From the NCBI RefSeq assembly GCF_006345805.1, contig NC_042999.1, positions 84,134,001-84,198,000 on the forward strand: a stretch of DNA of 64,000 nt, in the 5' to 3' direction. The translations under genes were made by a program, and so were the position numbers. Positions 40,949 to 54,552 of the stretch are shown here, piece after piece. Numbering within the stretch: position 1 is the first letter of the stretch; each line of letters opens with the position of its first letter. The notes below the pieces were generated by a model. That model saw nothing but the letters and a program-made list of their open reading frames with translations, searched no databases and was not told where the DNA came from. Source of the DNA: Octopus sinensis. Lineage: Eukaryota.

Positions 40949-43839
40949 TATATGTACGAATAGCATATTCATTTCAATTGATACTACTGCTTTGAAACTT
41001 GATATACTAATAAATTGTATAAGATTGTCAACTAATTATTCAAAAATTAAACTGATTCTAAATAAGCATAGTTATATTTAAATCCACCTTCAAACATTTG
41101 TGTTTGTTGTTTTTTTTTCTACTATACTGTCTGATACCTTCCGAGTCAAGTTAACCGCACCACTATATCATCTTAACGCTAAGAAATTGTGATATCTCTT
41201 CCCACCGAAAACGGTGACACTTCAAGTTTGATATTCATTATTTTTAAGCTGGTAACCCGTTGTGAAAATTGAACTTCATTTCAGACTTTGTCAAAGCAAC
41301 TCAACGAATGCTCAGTAACTTCCTTCAGTAACCTGAGTAACTTCAGAATGCTCATTATCTTCCACTGCATCATTTACACATTCAAAGAATACTAATGGAA
41401 AATCACACAGAGATCCACTCATAGTTGCAAGTTTACAGTGATCGTTTGAAAAAGTTGCCTATGAATGGTAACAAGAAACCGTTTATCCAATACCATAATA
41501 CTTACAAAAGAACAAACTCTTTTATGAATAACATTGTTTCTAATTTATCTTGCCTCACATGTACAGCTGGGACTTTTCGTCCCTTATCAAGTAAGACAGA
41601 TCTGTAATTGTCACTGTTGTGATTAAAATCAAGTCCTTTTCTGTCGATTTTACTTCCAACTCTATACTGCACTCACTCTCCAACTATTGTTCCCAATTCT
41701 AACTATTTCACCCTGATGTGCATACAGTAAACCATATTCGCAAACATATCTAATTGCACTAACCTTAAAAATTTGATTGTTATTACAGTGTATCGGTCAT
41801 TTAGCAGCATCATTGTGGTTTAGAATTATAAAGGGAAAATTTAATATTATTTTGCTAATTGCGTCAAAATCAGATATCTTTCTAGCGTTCGAAATTTTGA
41901 ACGACTTTGATGTTTCTATCAATATCTGTAAATATCAATATCACTTGATGTAAAGAACCAAACATAGTCTTATTATATTAGAAAACCAGTGTTTGGGATA
42001 TTAATGACAATTTAACCCGTCAAGAGGCTTTACAACATCTAAACCATAGTCTTCTTTCGACAATTCGCTCCGCGGGTTGTTCGGTGCGTGGATAACCTCC
42101 TACTACTAGTACACGAGGGTTTGAGAAAATGTTTCGGATATTGCCATTCCTCGTTTGAACAAACCATGGGAAATTTGCTAACACGTGATTCTTTATGAAT
42201 CACCGTATTGTCTTCTGGGAACTGCAAATATAGAAAATACATTATTTGAACAATATATTCACTCCAGGATGCTTCTAATTGAACCTCCTAGTATGTAGCA
42301 AGATTTAAATTTAGCTCTAATATGCATTTGAGACATTATTTAATGATACACAATATCTTCGTACTTACAGTTACAGTTTTGTATATAATACAGCTAGACT
42401 GACTATGACGAAGCAATTTGAAAATTAAATGTATAAGCCGTGAGCGAAGTATTAGCGACAGGATACAAATGCTTGTCACAATATGACGAATTTTGAAACG
42501 AAATCTAATCGTCAATTTACGTCTGTCTCGGTACGTACAGCATCCAAATATCTTAGTTAAACATTATTTCCGTTGATAAATAGAAATAATTCGTCGTTTT
42601 TCATATACCTTTGATATTCTATGTTTAATCAATTGATAGTTTTCTCGGTTTAGTACTACTGATGATGTTGATGTTGATGATAATAATTACAGGACTTTCT
42701 CTTATTATAGGTTACAACTTCATACTTTTCACGTGAAATTATCAATGTAAGAATGATTTTGTTATATTTGCAAAGAATGCTATCAGAATTAATTAGAATT
42801 TCTACGTAAGTTTTCAAAATCAATGAATAAATAAATGGAGTAAAATTCTAATAGAATAAATAATACATTTTCCTTCCAATAATACATATATATTTTAGCC
42901 TCTCAAATTTTATACATCTTCACAAACTTTACAATGTCACTAAATAGAGAGAATAATTTATACAATCACTTGTTTATCACGGAAAATATCAAATAAAATG
43001 AATGCTAAGTTAAGCACGAAGTTGCAAATTTAAATATGGCGATTATTCGAATATATACACTCAAGTTCTATTCTTAGACGACACAAAGATGAAATTTAAA
43101 GTTAGCCGTGATGGTATTCGATAGATGAATTTTTAAGTGATCTAAGTAAACACCACAAGGTATTCGGTTTAATGCAGTTTCCATTTTACTAAACCTCTAA
43201 CCTCAAAACATTTAATATATTGATATATGTGATGCTTTCATCAGTCTATATGTGTGCTGTTTGTTTAAGTAGCTGTATTCTTTAATGTATCTAGCACCAC
43301 ACTGATAAATAGCAGTAATCCTTTCTCACAAATTAAAGTTTCTCTAACTAGCTATAGAGAAATAAACAATAAAGCGACCAATATTAATGTGGAAATGCAA
43401 AAGTTTTCTCAATATGTTAGCATTTTGCCAATATATTACAAGTAAATCAACACTATAACACCAGAAACTCAGATTTTATTACGCTTAATATGAAAAGCCT
43501 TCATGTATATATCCATCAAATTTAAATGGTGGGACATCGTCATATTTCTAGAAGAGCTTGTTTATGTATAGCTTTGTTTAGTGTGAGTATTTTAGATGAA
43601 ATCTAAGCCAAAAGACGGATGTTGAAATGATTACTATAACCAAGCAGAATATTTGACCATGATCAAACGAAGCCAGGAAATAAGAGCAAGCCTTCTGATA
43701 AGGCTTGGAAAACGCATCTATCACTCACTGTTTTATATGCAACAAAGACCTATCATTGACCCCTTAAATTGAATCTTGTGCTGAGGTCTTGTGATTTGGT
43801 GGTAATTACATCATACAGTCCCTTCATGAACTTATTAGT

Positions 43840-45495
43840 GCTGTCTGGAAGGATGGTGCAATGTGTAAGGAGTGGAAGGATGCAATTATTCTTCCTCTCT
43901 ATAAAGTAAAAGGAGCCAGAACAATATGTGGTAACTACAGAAGTATTGCTCTACTATCAGCTTCTGGCAAATATTCTTCTTACCCGCATGAATGGGTGTC
44001 TCGTAAATGATGTCCTATCTGAATCTCAACGTGGATTCTGATGTGGTAGAGGGACAATGGATATGATTTTCACAGCAGGACAGATGCAGGAAAAGTGCTA
44101 TGAGCAGAATATAGATCTTGTCCGGGTATTCACTGATTTAACGAAAGTCTTTGATACTGTGAGTAGGGCCTTGCAATGGAAAATACTTAGTAAACTTGAA
44201 TGTCCGGATCACTTTGTATCTATAATTAAATCAATTAATGATGGAGTGGAGGCTTGGTCGTGGTATAGCGGGACCCATTCCTGTAGAGAATAGTGTCAAG
44301 TAGGGTGTCATCCTTACTCCAACTCGCTTTTCTTTATACTTTGCTTTTACTAATGCTTTTGCAAAGGTTATCTCTCTGGGAATATATGTCAGGTATCGAT
44401 CTTCTGGCCACCTCTTTAATCTGCGCCGATTTGCTGCTAATTCAAAAGTTTTCCAGTCTCTTATTCGTGACCTCCATTTTGCAGATAACTGACTGAGTCA
44501 TTCATACAGTGGATGACATTGCAAATACTTATGAATCGTATTTCTGCTTCTTGCAAAGCATTTGGACTCAGCATTAGCCTGGACAAGACTGTTATAATGT
44601 TCCAGCCTGCAACAAGAAATCCTTATGTGGAACCAGCTATCCTGGTTAAAGGAACAATTCTGAGATTGGTAGACTAGTGTTTCTACCTGGGCAGCACACT
44701 GAGCCGTTCTTGCTCCCTGGATGATGAAATATCTTTCAGACTACAGAGAGAAACTGATTCCTTCCAGTCTCTTCCGTGTCGTGTCTGGTCCCAGCATGGC
44801 ATCACAAAGTAAAAAAAAATTGCTGTGTACTGTGCATGTGTACTGACATTGCTCCTTTACTCATGTGAGATATGGACCCTATACAAATGTCATGTTAGGG
44901 CCCTTGAACGCTTTCATCAGAGATGTCACGCACACATTCTGAATGTTGGCTGCACCTTAAAAACTCCAGACACACAGGTCATGCGAACAGCTGATATTTT
45001 GAGTATTGAGGCGATGGTACACAAGCACCAGTTACGTTCGACTGGACACCATATTAGAATGAAAGATAGCAGGATCTCTAAGCAGATGATATATGGGGAA
45101 CTTGTGAATGGAAAGAGACCCCGGCATGGAAAGAGAACCAAGGCTGCGATTTAAGGACTGTGTCATGTCTTCATTAATATGCAAGAGACTGACTGGGAGA
45201 ACAATGTCTGTCATCGCCACAAATGGAGGAAGCAGGTTAAGGAGGGGGTCGATACTTTTGAGAGAGCACGTATTCAGCATGAAGAACTTAAGCGTGCTGC
45301 TCAAAAGCGTACTGTTGGTGTAGGGAATAGCGAAAGCTTGGTTTGCAATGTTTGCAGTCGCATACGCTTGTCAAGAGCAGGGCTCATTAACCACCAACGG
45401 AGCCGTAAATGCAAAATATAAGTTAATCCTAGAGTGCACAATGTTTCTTAAGGTCAGCATTGGTCTTCCTCGGTCACGAGTGGACGGCCATTATC
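43840..45495 (+). mobile_element. RTE-clade LINE, 5'-truncated, degenerate
   Basis: WKDAIILPLYKVKG...CGNYRSIALLS, SESQRGF..RGTMDMIF, FTDLTKVFDTVSR, IRDLHFADN, YLGSTL, LLYSCEIWTLY, IRMKDSRISKQMIYGEL, C-terminal CxxC..H (VCNVCSRIRLSRAGLINHQRS), short 3' UTR. Confidence 0.93.
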
Positions 45496-45909
45496 ACTCA
45501 TCGGTTTTATATACTTTATGTTGACATTTTAACATTCATTGACTGAGATTATCAGTTGTATGACATGTACATATCGCAGTTCCAAAATAAATGAAGGGTA
45601 TAAGGGAAATAATTAAAAGGCAATTGGGCACCAAAGAACGTTACTGTCAAGAATTTAAATTAATTTATAATACTTCTGCGATGTCCATTAATAAGTCCTA
45701 ACATCATACTTTGAGAGTTACTGCTTTGCAGTTAGAGAAGGACTGTTTTTCACACAGTCAGTTATATGTTGGGGCTCCAGAGTGGGGAGCAAGGACAATC
45801 ATTTCATTTTCACCCCTTCTGGTAAAAATCGAAACATTGTCTACAAGGAAGTTTTTAGCAAGGAATCAACAAACTAAAACTTGCAGAATGAAGAATAACT
45901 TTGAAGACT

Positions 45910-46340
45910 GAAATACTTCAGATCATAGAGCAGAAGATGCACAAACCTGTAGAATTCGTTACTGCAACAGAAGCTGAAAGTGAGGCAGTAAGAATTTATT
46001 ACATCAACATCGAAGAAAAGGATATAATGCTAGCAATAAATGATATAGACGCAAACTCAGCTGCTGGCCCTGATAGATTCCCTGCAGTCCTCAAGTCATG
46101 CAAACGATTCCTTGCAAAAACACTGCAACTACTGTATCAGAACTTCCCCGCAAGAAGGTAACCTCTCAGATAAACAAAAGTAGGGAATAATATGTCCTAT
46201 CCATAAAGGAGGAAGCAGAGCAGATGCCAAAAACTATAGGCTAATCTTGGCCTATCTTGGCATTTTTGGAAAACTTGGAGAATAGCTATATGACTTTCTA
46301 AAAGTTAGAAGTCAGGTAGTATGGTCAGTGAAGCTATCGA
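45910..46340 (+). mobile_element. CR1-group LINE RT N-terminal fragment
   Basis: INIEEKDIMLAINDIDANSAAGPDRFPAVLKSCK..LAKTLQLLYQ followed by IICPIHKGGSRADAKNYR. Confidence 0.8.
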
Positions 46341-46420
46341 ACAACTATAACATAATCATCGGCCGATGGAGATCCAGAAGAACTTGTGTGTGTGCGTGTG
46401 TTTGTGTGTATGTTTGTGTG

Positions 46421-46472
<52 letters not shown>

Positions 46473-48623
46473 AGAGAAAGTGACACAAGAAAAAAATCTA
46501 GTTGCCTGGTGATATATCGTTATCGTTTTCTAATTAGATTTTTTTTTTCTTATTTACCATAACTTATAAAAATTTCTTTTGTGCTTTTCGATAAACCGTA
46601 AGCATAATTTTTATATAATTTATGAATCAAACTCATTCCATAAAAGCAAATATTTTAGCAGCTACTTTCAATGTGGAAATTCCAATGAAGATTTATAGGT
46701 CTTTCATTATTAATAATTAAACAAATTGACGAGTTGTGATAAAGAAGGCAATTGCGAAATAAAGAAGTTAGTCAGTCACAGGATTTTGAGATGGCACATT
46801 GTGTAGTTGAGAGAGAAATTACAAAACGTCAATATGTAACTATTAGAAAATCAGCTAGTTTAATAGATATGTCGTTTATTTAGATAAGAACGACATTAAA
46901 AAGCTGAGATGTGAACGAAAATCTTCAAAACAATATTAAAAAATTTCTGTATCAAGAACTCCGAATTTTCGTCGTCAGTGATACGGACTGCCCTTTTACT
47001 GAGAGGTAAAATTGTTACTGCCAATCTTTGCAATTGAAACCAAATTTATGTGTAGTTCGATAAGGTTGAAATATGAAAGCAGGATTGTTGAAAAGAAACA
47101 GTAAAATGTAGTGGACGTCGAATTCCAGTATGAGAAGTTATTGTCTATAAAGGCAGACAAGTGCAAATTGTCCAATTCAAAATTTACTAAATGATAAAAA
47201 AAACCTTTTACCAAAACTAGAAAAAAAATCTATTAACCAATATTTTTCAAGAAAGAACTCTATGAAATCGCGGTACAAAACCTCTGCATTGGGATGTTCA
47301 AAGAGCCGTTCTTAATCGAATAGATAGAAAGTGTAAGTTCGATGAAAATTACAAAAATTATAGACTAACAAGAAACATTGAGGGAAGAGTTGATGAAGAT
47401 GGATCACTGATAATGTTATCAAATTCATACCTACTTGGTGAAAACCGTGCTATTGCCTACAGGTGAGTTCACAAAATATTAAGAGTTTCATTTTGGATAA
47501 TTTTTCATAAAGTGATTATAAGTGAGATATTATATTGCATTTTATAACGTTGGCTATATGTTCGCGCTCACTGTATCTGTATATGCTTTTGAGTGTATCT
47601 GTATTTGTTAATATATGTGCGCACCTATGTGTGCATATCTATGTATGTTTGTACATCTGTGTGCCTGTGTGTATTATCTCATTGTTCATATACATAGAAC
47701 TCGGTTTAATATATCAATTTTAAATACTAAATGCAATTTGCTCGAATAATATTTGAATTTCAGCACCTGTTTATAATATAAATTATAAAAGGAACTATGA
47801 TAGCTTATGAATTATTTAGATAGCGTGTGAAAGGAAAGGCTGGCACCCGTACTCACGTACATACAAGTATGGAACAGACCGACACTTCTATGTAGGAGTA
47901 CGAGCACGTGCGTGTGTGTAAACATTCAAGTATACTAAAGAAGAATAACAAATATGAGTAGATATTAATTACCTAATATTGCACCACTTATTACGTACTG
48001 TATTTTAGAATCTCTTCATAATCTTCGAAAGGGAAGAAAATTATCTAAGCTCTAGACTGCGAATGAATATGACAATCTCTAATATCTGGCGTGTTTTTTT
48101 TTACTTCGTTATAAAATTTAATTTGTTGTAACATAGAATTTTATGTTACTTATTATATTTCAATATATACCTGCACACATTTTACAAAGCTTTATTGTAA
48201 CAGTTTTGTTGCACAATCGAGAACTTTGTAACGAGCCCATATTTTAAAGAAGGAAGAGTAGAATATTGTAAATATTACAAGAAATATCGAACATTCTAGT
48301 TTAAATTACAACTGAAATTCTTGCTAGAACTTGAAGTAAAATGATAGTAAACATTCAATTTCGTATTAATTAAATATTTCACTCGATTTTATTTAAACGT
48401 TAGTTTAAACTTAAGGTATTTCCACGTATTTATGCTAAGAAGAAAAGAATACAACTTTCAAAACAGGTTCAAAACATCATTCAGGATTATACGTCAATGA
48501 AGTTCAAATTTTAATAGGAAGTCTTTTGTAGCCTATCATGTATCCCCCTTTTATTTTTGCTAAAGAATGAAGCCTTATTGGAAATACAAATTAAATATCA
48601 CAAAGGCTCGCACATGTATATAT

Positions 48624-48668
<45 letters not shown>

Positions 48669-49162
48669 TGTGTGTGTGTGTCTGTGTGTGTGCGTGCGTG
48701 CATATGTATGTGTTACTGCATTTGTATTTTTATTAGTTGCCACTTTTGTAACATAATTTTACGTTTGCTTTCCTGACACTTAAAGAAATTTTCAGTAAAC
48801 TTTTGCGCATATTTGGTAAGCTATCGTAGTCTTCTTCTTGAAGAAAAGACAATTGCTTCCCGCCAACATCCACATGTACTATCATATGAAAATAACAACA
48901 GTTGTCTAATCATTTAAACTGCGTTCTGAGGTCCAACCTACTGGTGCGTAATGAGTTCAAAAAGCAGTGTCCAGATGCGCTTTAACACTAGACAGGGACG
49001 AAAAAATACCTCGTTGAATTTTTTATGTACAATGTGGAAATTTTGAATATTACTGAGAAGAACATACATACATACACTTTCACACACTCACACATACACA
49101 CACACGCACACACATATGTATCTATGTATGTTATATAGAAACAAACGGAATATATATATTTT

Positions 49163-49465
49163 TAAATATAAATTAAATTAGAAATAAAACCACTATTAGG
49201 CAAATCAAACAGTGAAAAACATAAACCAAAACATAAAGATAAAAATAATTAATATAATATACAAAATATATGAAATTTTAAATTTAAATTATTTAAATTT
49301 AAAATTTTTTATTTATATTTATAAATTTTTATACTTTTTTTATTTTTTAAATTTTATATATTTTGTATATTATATTAATTATTTTTCATTTTTATGTTTT
49401 GGTTTATGATTTTCACTGTTTGATTTGCCTAATAGTGGTTTTATCTCTAATTTAATTTATATTTA
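49163..49465. repeat. Inverted repeat, ~116 bp arms, ~70 bp AT-rich spacer
   Basis: 49163-49278 is the reverse complement of 49349-49465 (AAAACCACTATTAGGCAAATCAAACAGTGAAAA / TTTTCACTGTTTGATTTGCCTAATAGTGGTTTT). Confidence 0.9.
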
Positions 49466-50074
49466 TACTGTGAAATTAGATTTAATCCTAAATCTAATTT
49501 TTCCCTGTAAGTTTGGATTTACTCCCTAATATTATTATTATATAATATGTTTATATATATATTTGCATGAGAGTAACATCCAGAACATACGTTTTATGTA
49601 TACAACTGAGAATATCTTTGCGATTTTTTCGAAACCCTCAAATATATGAGTGTAATGCAATTCAACGGAGGGTATGGAAATGGCTGAAATGTTGAGTCTT
49701 TTTAGTAGCAAATTATTTATCACCGTTACTAATCTTACTGTTATTTCTTCACTGAAAAGTAATTGCACTGCGTGGTCGCAAGAGATGATCAACATGATTG
49801 TTGTACCTGATAGATTAGTAACCAAATATTTTTCTAAACGCTCTTCACTGATTCGAAAATGGTGCGATACATTAAAAACATTGTCCTAGATAAGAAATGT
49901 CTATGAAAAGTACTTTTAACAAGGTGAGCTGTGGGGTCGATGTAAGCGACTTACCTTCCCCCTGAAAGTGCTGCCCTCGCACCAAAATTTGAAACTGATA
50001 TTGGCTTTAACAGTTACGGTAGTCTCAGGATCCACTATGTATAAGAACATCTAAAGATATGGATATAATTTTAG

Positions 50075-50240
50075 TAGGAGTGGCTGTGTGGTAAGTAGCT
50101 TGCTTACGAACCACATGGTTCCCGGGGTTCAGTCCTACTGCGTGGCATCTTGGGCAAGTATCTTCTACTATATCCTCGGGCTGACCAATGCCTTGTGAGT
50201 GGATTTGATAGACAGAAACTGAAAGAAGCCCGTCGTATAT
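50075..50240 (+). mobile_element. Group B SINE, 5' half
   Basis: AGGAGTGGCTGTGTGGTAAGTAGCTTGCTTAC...AAGAAGCCCGTCGTATATA; matches the reverse complement of 19015-19184. Confidence 0.9.
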
Positions 50241-50440
50241 ATATGTATATTTATATATATATATATATATATAATATAATATAATAATAAATATAAGAGA
50301 GTGGTCACTATATTGCTCACTCTAGCACCAGTTAATCCAAAAGGTTTCAACCACGAAAATACATGTTTCCCATGAAAGCCAGTACGACTGTTAGCTCACA
50401 CGGACAGGGCAAATAGAAAAATAACAAAATACAGATTATT

Positions 50441-50517
50441 TTGGGACAATTGTTTCGCTATTAATGAATTAAATGTAATATTACTTACAAAAAATCCATT
50501 TGTAGCTCGTCAGCCAA
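50441..50517 (-). ncRNA. Type I hammerhead ribozyme, inverted copy
   Basis: Reverse complement of 50841-50917. Confidence 0.8.
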
Positions 50518-50840
50518 GACTATCTGGATGAAATCCACTCAATCACACGCCAGATTTTACCATAACGATAAATACGCGTGTGGTTCAATTGATTACATCC
50601 GACACTTGGTGTTGAATAAATATACTATTAAATTAGTATCTAATTCTCTCACCCTTATTAATTAATTATAATTATGCTGCATTTATTTCTAAATGCTGTA
50701 TTTGTTTTCCGTGAAAGTTTGGCGCGCTGTTGGTTGGGGCATTTGAATTATAACGTCGGATGTAATCAATTGAACCACACGCGTATTTATCGTTATGGTA
50801 AAATCTGGCGTGTGATTGAGTGGATTTCATCCAGATAGTC

Positions 50841-50917
50841 TTGGCTGACGAGCTACAAATGGATTTTTTGTAAGTAATATTACATTTAATTCATTAATAG
50901 CGAAACAATTGTCCCAA
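50841..50917 (+). ncRNA. Type I hammerhead ribozyme, unit 1
   Basis: TTGG-CTGACGA-GCTA-(42 nt)-TAGC-GAAA-C-AATT-G-TC-CCAA. GUC triplet with predicted cleavage after 50913; stem I extendable by CAGAT/ATCTG. Confidence 0.85.
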
Positions 50918-51374
50918 AATAATCTGTATTTTGTTATTTTTCTATTTGCCCTGTCCGTGTGAGCTAACAGTCGTACTGGCTTTCATGGGAAACATGTATT
51001 TTCGTGGTTGAAACCTTTTGGATTAACTGGTGCTAGAGTGAGCAATATAGTGACCACTCTCTTATATTTATTTTGTAAAAATATTATAATATGTTATAAA
51101 ATATTATAATAATCCAGGTTTCTCGTAGCACTAGGCCACTTGGTGTTGAATAAATATACTATTAAATTAGTATCTAATTCTCTCACCCTTATTAATTAAT
51201 TATAATTATGCTGCATTTATTTCTAAATGCTGTATTTGTTTTCCGTGAAAGTTTGGCGCGCTGTTGGTTGGGGCATTTGAATTATAACGTCGGATGTAAT
51301 CAATTGAACCACACGCGTATTTATCGTTATGGTAAAATCTGGCGTGTGATTGAGTGGATTTCATCCAGATAGTC

Positions 51375-51450
51375 TTGGCTGACGAGCTACAAATGGATTT
51401 TTTGTAAGTAATATTACATTTAATTCATTAATAGCGAAACAATTGTCCAA
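51375..51450 (+). ncRNA. Type I hammerhead ribozyme, unit 2 (one C missing in the stem I 3' arm)
   Basis: Same core as unit 1 but GTCCAAAAT instead of GTCCCAAAAT. Confidence 0.7.
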
Positions 51451-51761
51451 AATAATCTGTATTTTGTTATTTTTCTATTTGCCCTGTCCGTGTGAGCTAA
51501 CAGTCGTACTGGCTTTCATGGGAAACATGTATTTTCGTGGTTGAAACCTTTTGGATTAACTGGTGCTAGAGTGAGCAATATAGTGACCACTCTCTTATAT
51601 TTATTTTGTAAAAATATTATAATATGTTATAAAATATTATAATAATCCAGGTTTCTCGTAGCACTAGGCCACTTGGTGTTGAATAAATATACTATTAAAT
51701 TAGTATCTAATTCTCTCACCCTTATTAATTAATTATATATATAATATATATATATATATAT

Positions 51762-51803
<42 letters not shown>

Positions 51804-51814
51804 CATATATATGT

Positions 51815-52053
51815 ATGAATATGTGTGTGTATATGTTTGTGTGTCTGTGTTTGTACCCCCAACATCGCTTGATAACCGATGCTGGTGTGTTTACGTCCCC
51901 GTTACTTAGCGGTCCGGCAAAAGAGACCGTTAGAATAAGTACTAGGCTTACAAAGAATAAGTCCTGTCGTCGATTTGCTCGACTAAAGGCGGTGCTCCAG
52001 CATAGACACTGTCAAATGACTGAAACAAATAAGAGTAAAAGAGTAAAGAGTAA
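51815..52053 (+). mobile_element. Group B SINE, 3' half
   Basis: CCGATGCTGGTGTGTTTACGTCCCCGT...GGCGGTGCTCCAGCAT...(AAGAGTAA)n tail; matches the reverse complement of 18737-18950. Confidence 0.9.
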
Positions 52054-54493
52054 TGGAAGTTAGAATGTGGCATAACATGTTTTGCATCTCATCTAAGTGC
52101 GGTGCATAAACGAGTCGAAGAAAGTGTCTATCATGCTTCCTTTCCATGATAGCCGATGCGATTGCACTAAAGAAAGCAATACATGTAATAAATTTATACA
52201 TTATTCTTAGTTTAAGAAACGTTATATCTCTTCTGCTAAATCACTATCAGAGAACTAATGTGAAAATGATTGAAGAATAAGAACAATCTTGTGAAAAATA
52301 AAAAGAGACAAAAGAGACAAAAGAAAAATAGAGAACAAGAGAGATGTACATACAGAACGAGAGACAGAAAGTAAAACAACAAAAAGAAAACAATCGTACT
52401 TTCACATTATTTGCAAAGACTTCTCACCGAACACAAAGCTAAAACAATGGATAGAAACAAAAGCAACAATATCAGCAATATTATAACTTACTACCTAACA
52501 ACAAAGGCAACAGATTCGCCATTAATAACAGAAATGGTAAAATTTTTCATTGAATTAAAGTGTTTGCTTATGCGTTGACAACCACAAAGTAGTTGGGTTT
52601 CTATTCAAATGATGATTTACCAACCGCCATTTTGATGTATCTTCAATGGTCTGCTTTTGCTATGTTTATTCCTTTCACTTTCTTGTGTGTGTGTGTGTGT
52701 GTGTGTCTGTGTGTGTGTCTGTGTGTGTCTTTGTGTGTGTGTGTTTGAAAATTTTTCCTTGTCGTTCTTTCTTTGTCCCATGCGTACATATACCGTTAGA
52801 TGGTTGAAATAAATCTGGTGTGTTTTGTTTTATTCGTTTGGCTTTACTTTTCTGTACTGATACATCGTAACTCAGTGAAAATGGCCACTAATAAATAGCT
52901 ACGCTGTCATATTAAATATAACTAACATCACCTTACCCAACCAAAATCAGCAAATAACACTCAGCACTTATGTATATGTGACTGTATGTGTGTAAGCGTA
53001 TATACTTGTGTACATCTGGATGGGTGAAAAAAATAACCACTGATAAAACAAACATACTACACGAAACATTCAAGTGCCTCATGATTTTTTTTTATTTCCT
53101 TTTGATTTCTCTTAAACAAAATATAACTTTATTAAAGTTACAATACTTTTGTTAATTCTTTGTATCATTCTATTAATGCTTACAATACATTAATGCCATT
53201 TTAACGACTATTTTACACCATTGACACACGACATTGATTTTGTAAGAAAGAAATGATACACACACATACACACATACAAATAAACACACATACATACACA
53301 CACATATATACATAAATACATATATATGCACACATGTATACATATATGTCTACACATGTATATGTTTACATATATGTATATGTATGTATATATGTGTGTG
53401 TCGACGCATATTGGTTGTTGTTATAGCCATTTGTCCTGTGTAGGCGTAATAGAAATAAATAATTTTATTTTTAAATGCAAAAAGATAGTACAAGATCATG
53501 TGACAATGAGTAAACAAGCAAATACTACATGGGTTCAGACAGGCGAAAGCATGTGTGTTAAAAAAAGTGGGTAGTGATATAAAGCGAAAAGGAACAGTGA
53601 AAGAAGTGTACAATGAAAATTAATACGACAAAGAAACAGGGGAAAAATAACGTTTCGATTGATGTTGTTTATGAAAGAGAACAAGAGTCATTAAATGATG
53701 AAAAAGAAAGAGATTATACCAAATATATACCGTCTGTTTACATGGCAGGTTTCACGTAAAACTGACAGCTGATTGGGAGAGTAGAAGAGCGACACTCGAG
53801 GCTCAATTTGGAACAGTGAGGATCAGAGCAAAATGAAGGTTGGACGCAGAGAAAAAAGAAACAGAATGAGAAAATTAATTAGAGAAAGAAAGAAATTAAG
53901 AAATTACGGGTTAGGAAGAATTTAAAAAAGAGAGAACAAGTAAAATAGTGAATTTACGATGTGTTCGTGAGTATGAATGTGAATATTTATGTGTAGTTAA
54001 AAGTGTAAGGTTTTATTTGTACAGAAAATACATACCTATTTTGTGACAAGGGATCTAAAATTCACGTGGTGAGGTATGTAACACACATGTATGCAACATT
54101 TATTAAGCTTAGAATGTAACTCGTGTACACATCTATTCTCCACCACACACATGCACATAGACACACGCGCACGTAAAGTTACGGATAGCACGCATACACA
54201 TACACACACAAACATATTCTCACTGAAGTGGATAAGTCCGTGTATGTGATATAATATGTTATGTGCATATAGATATGTCTAAGAGATGCATGTGATGAAA
54301 GATAGCTTCCTCTGGTCAGTGAAAATGTGTGATATCTGGAGAAATCTGCGTTTGTATGGTACGTTGGAGGTGTTTGTAGACTAAGACGATATAACGTGTG
54401 TGAATAAATATGAATGTACGCGTATATACACGTGAAATGTGTATTTATGACAATGTGTCATTGACTGTCAGGTATATGCAATCGAGAAGGATA

Positions 54494-54494
<1 letters not shown>

Positions 54495-54552
<58 letters not shown>

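Larger units (their letters stand above)
50286..51737 (+). mobile_element. Hammerhead-bearing retrozyme / non-autonomous Penelope-type pLTR array
   Basis: Direct units start at 50603, 51137 and 51670 (periods 534 and 533; third partial). 50286-50603 is an inverted copy of 50755-51072. Inserted in the (TA)n of a SINE; no ORF. Confidence 0.85.

Noticed and set aside
50603-51737. CRISPR array or ordinary satellite
   Set aside because: No short repeat-spacer pattern; only ~2.1 units with an inverted 5' copy and hammerheads.
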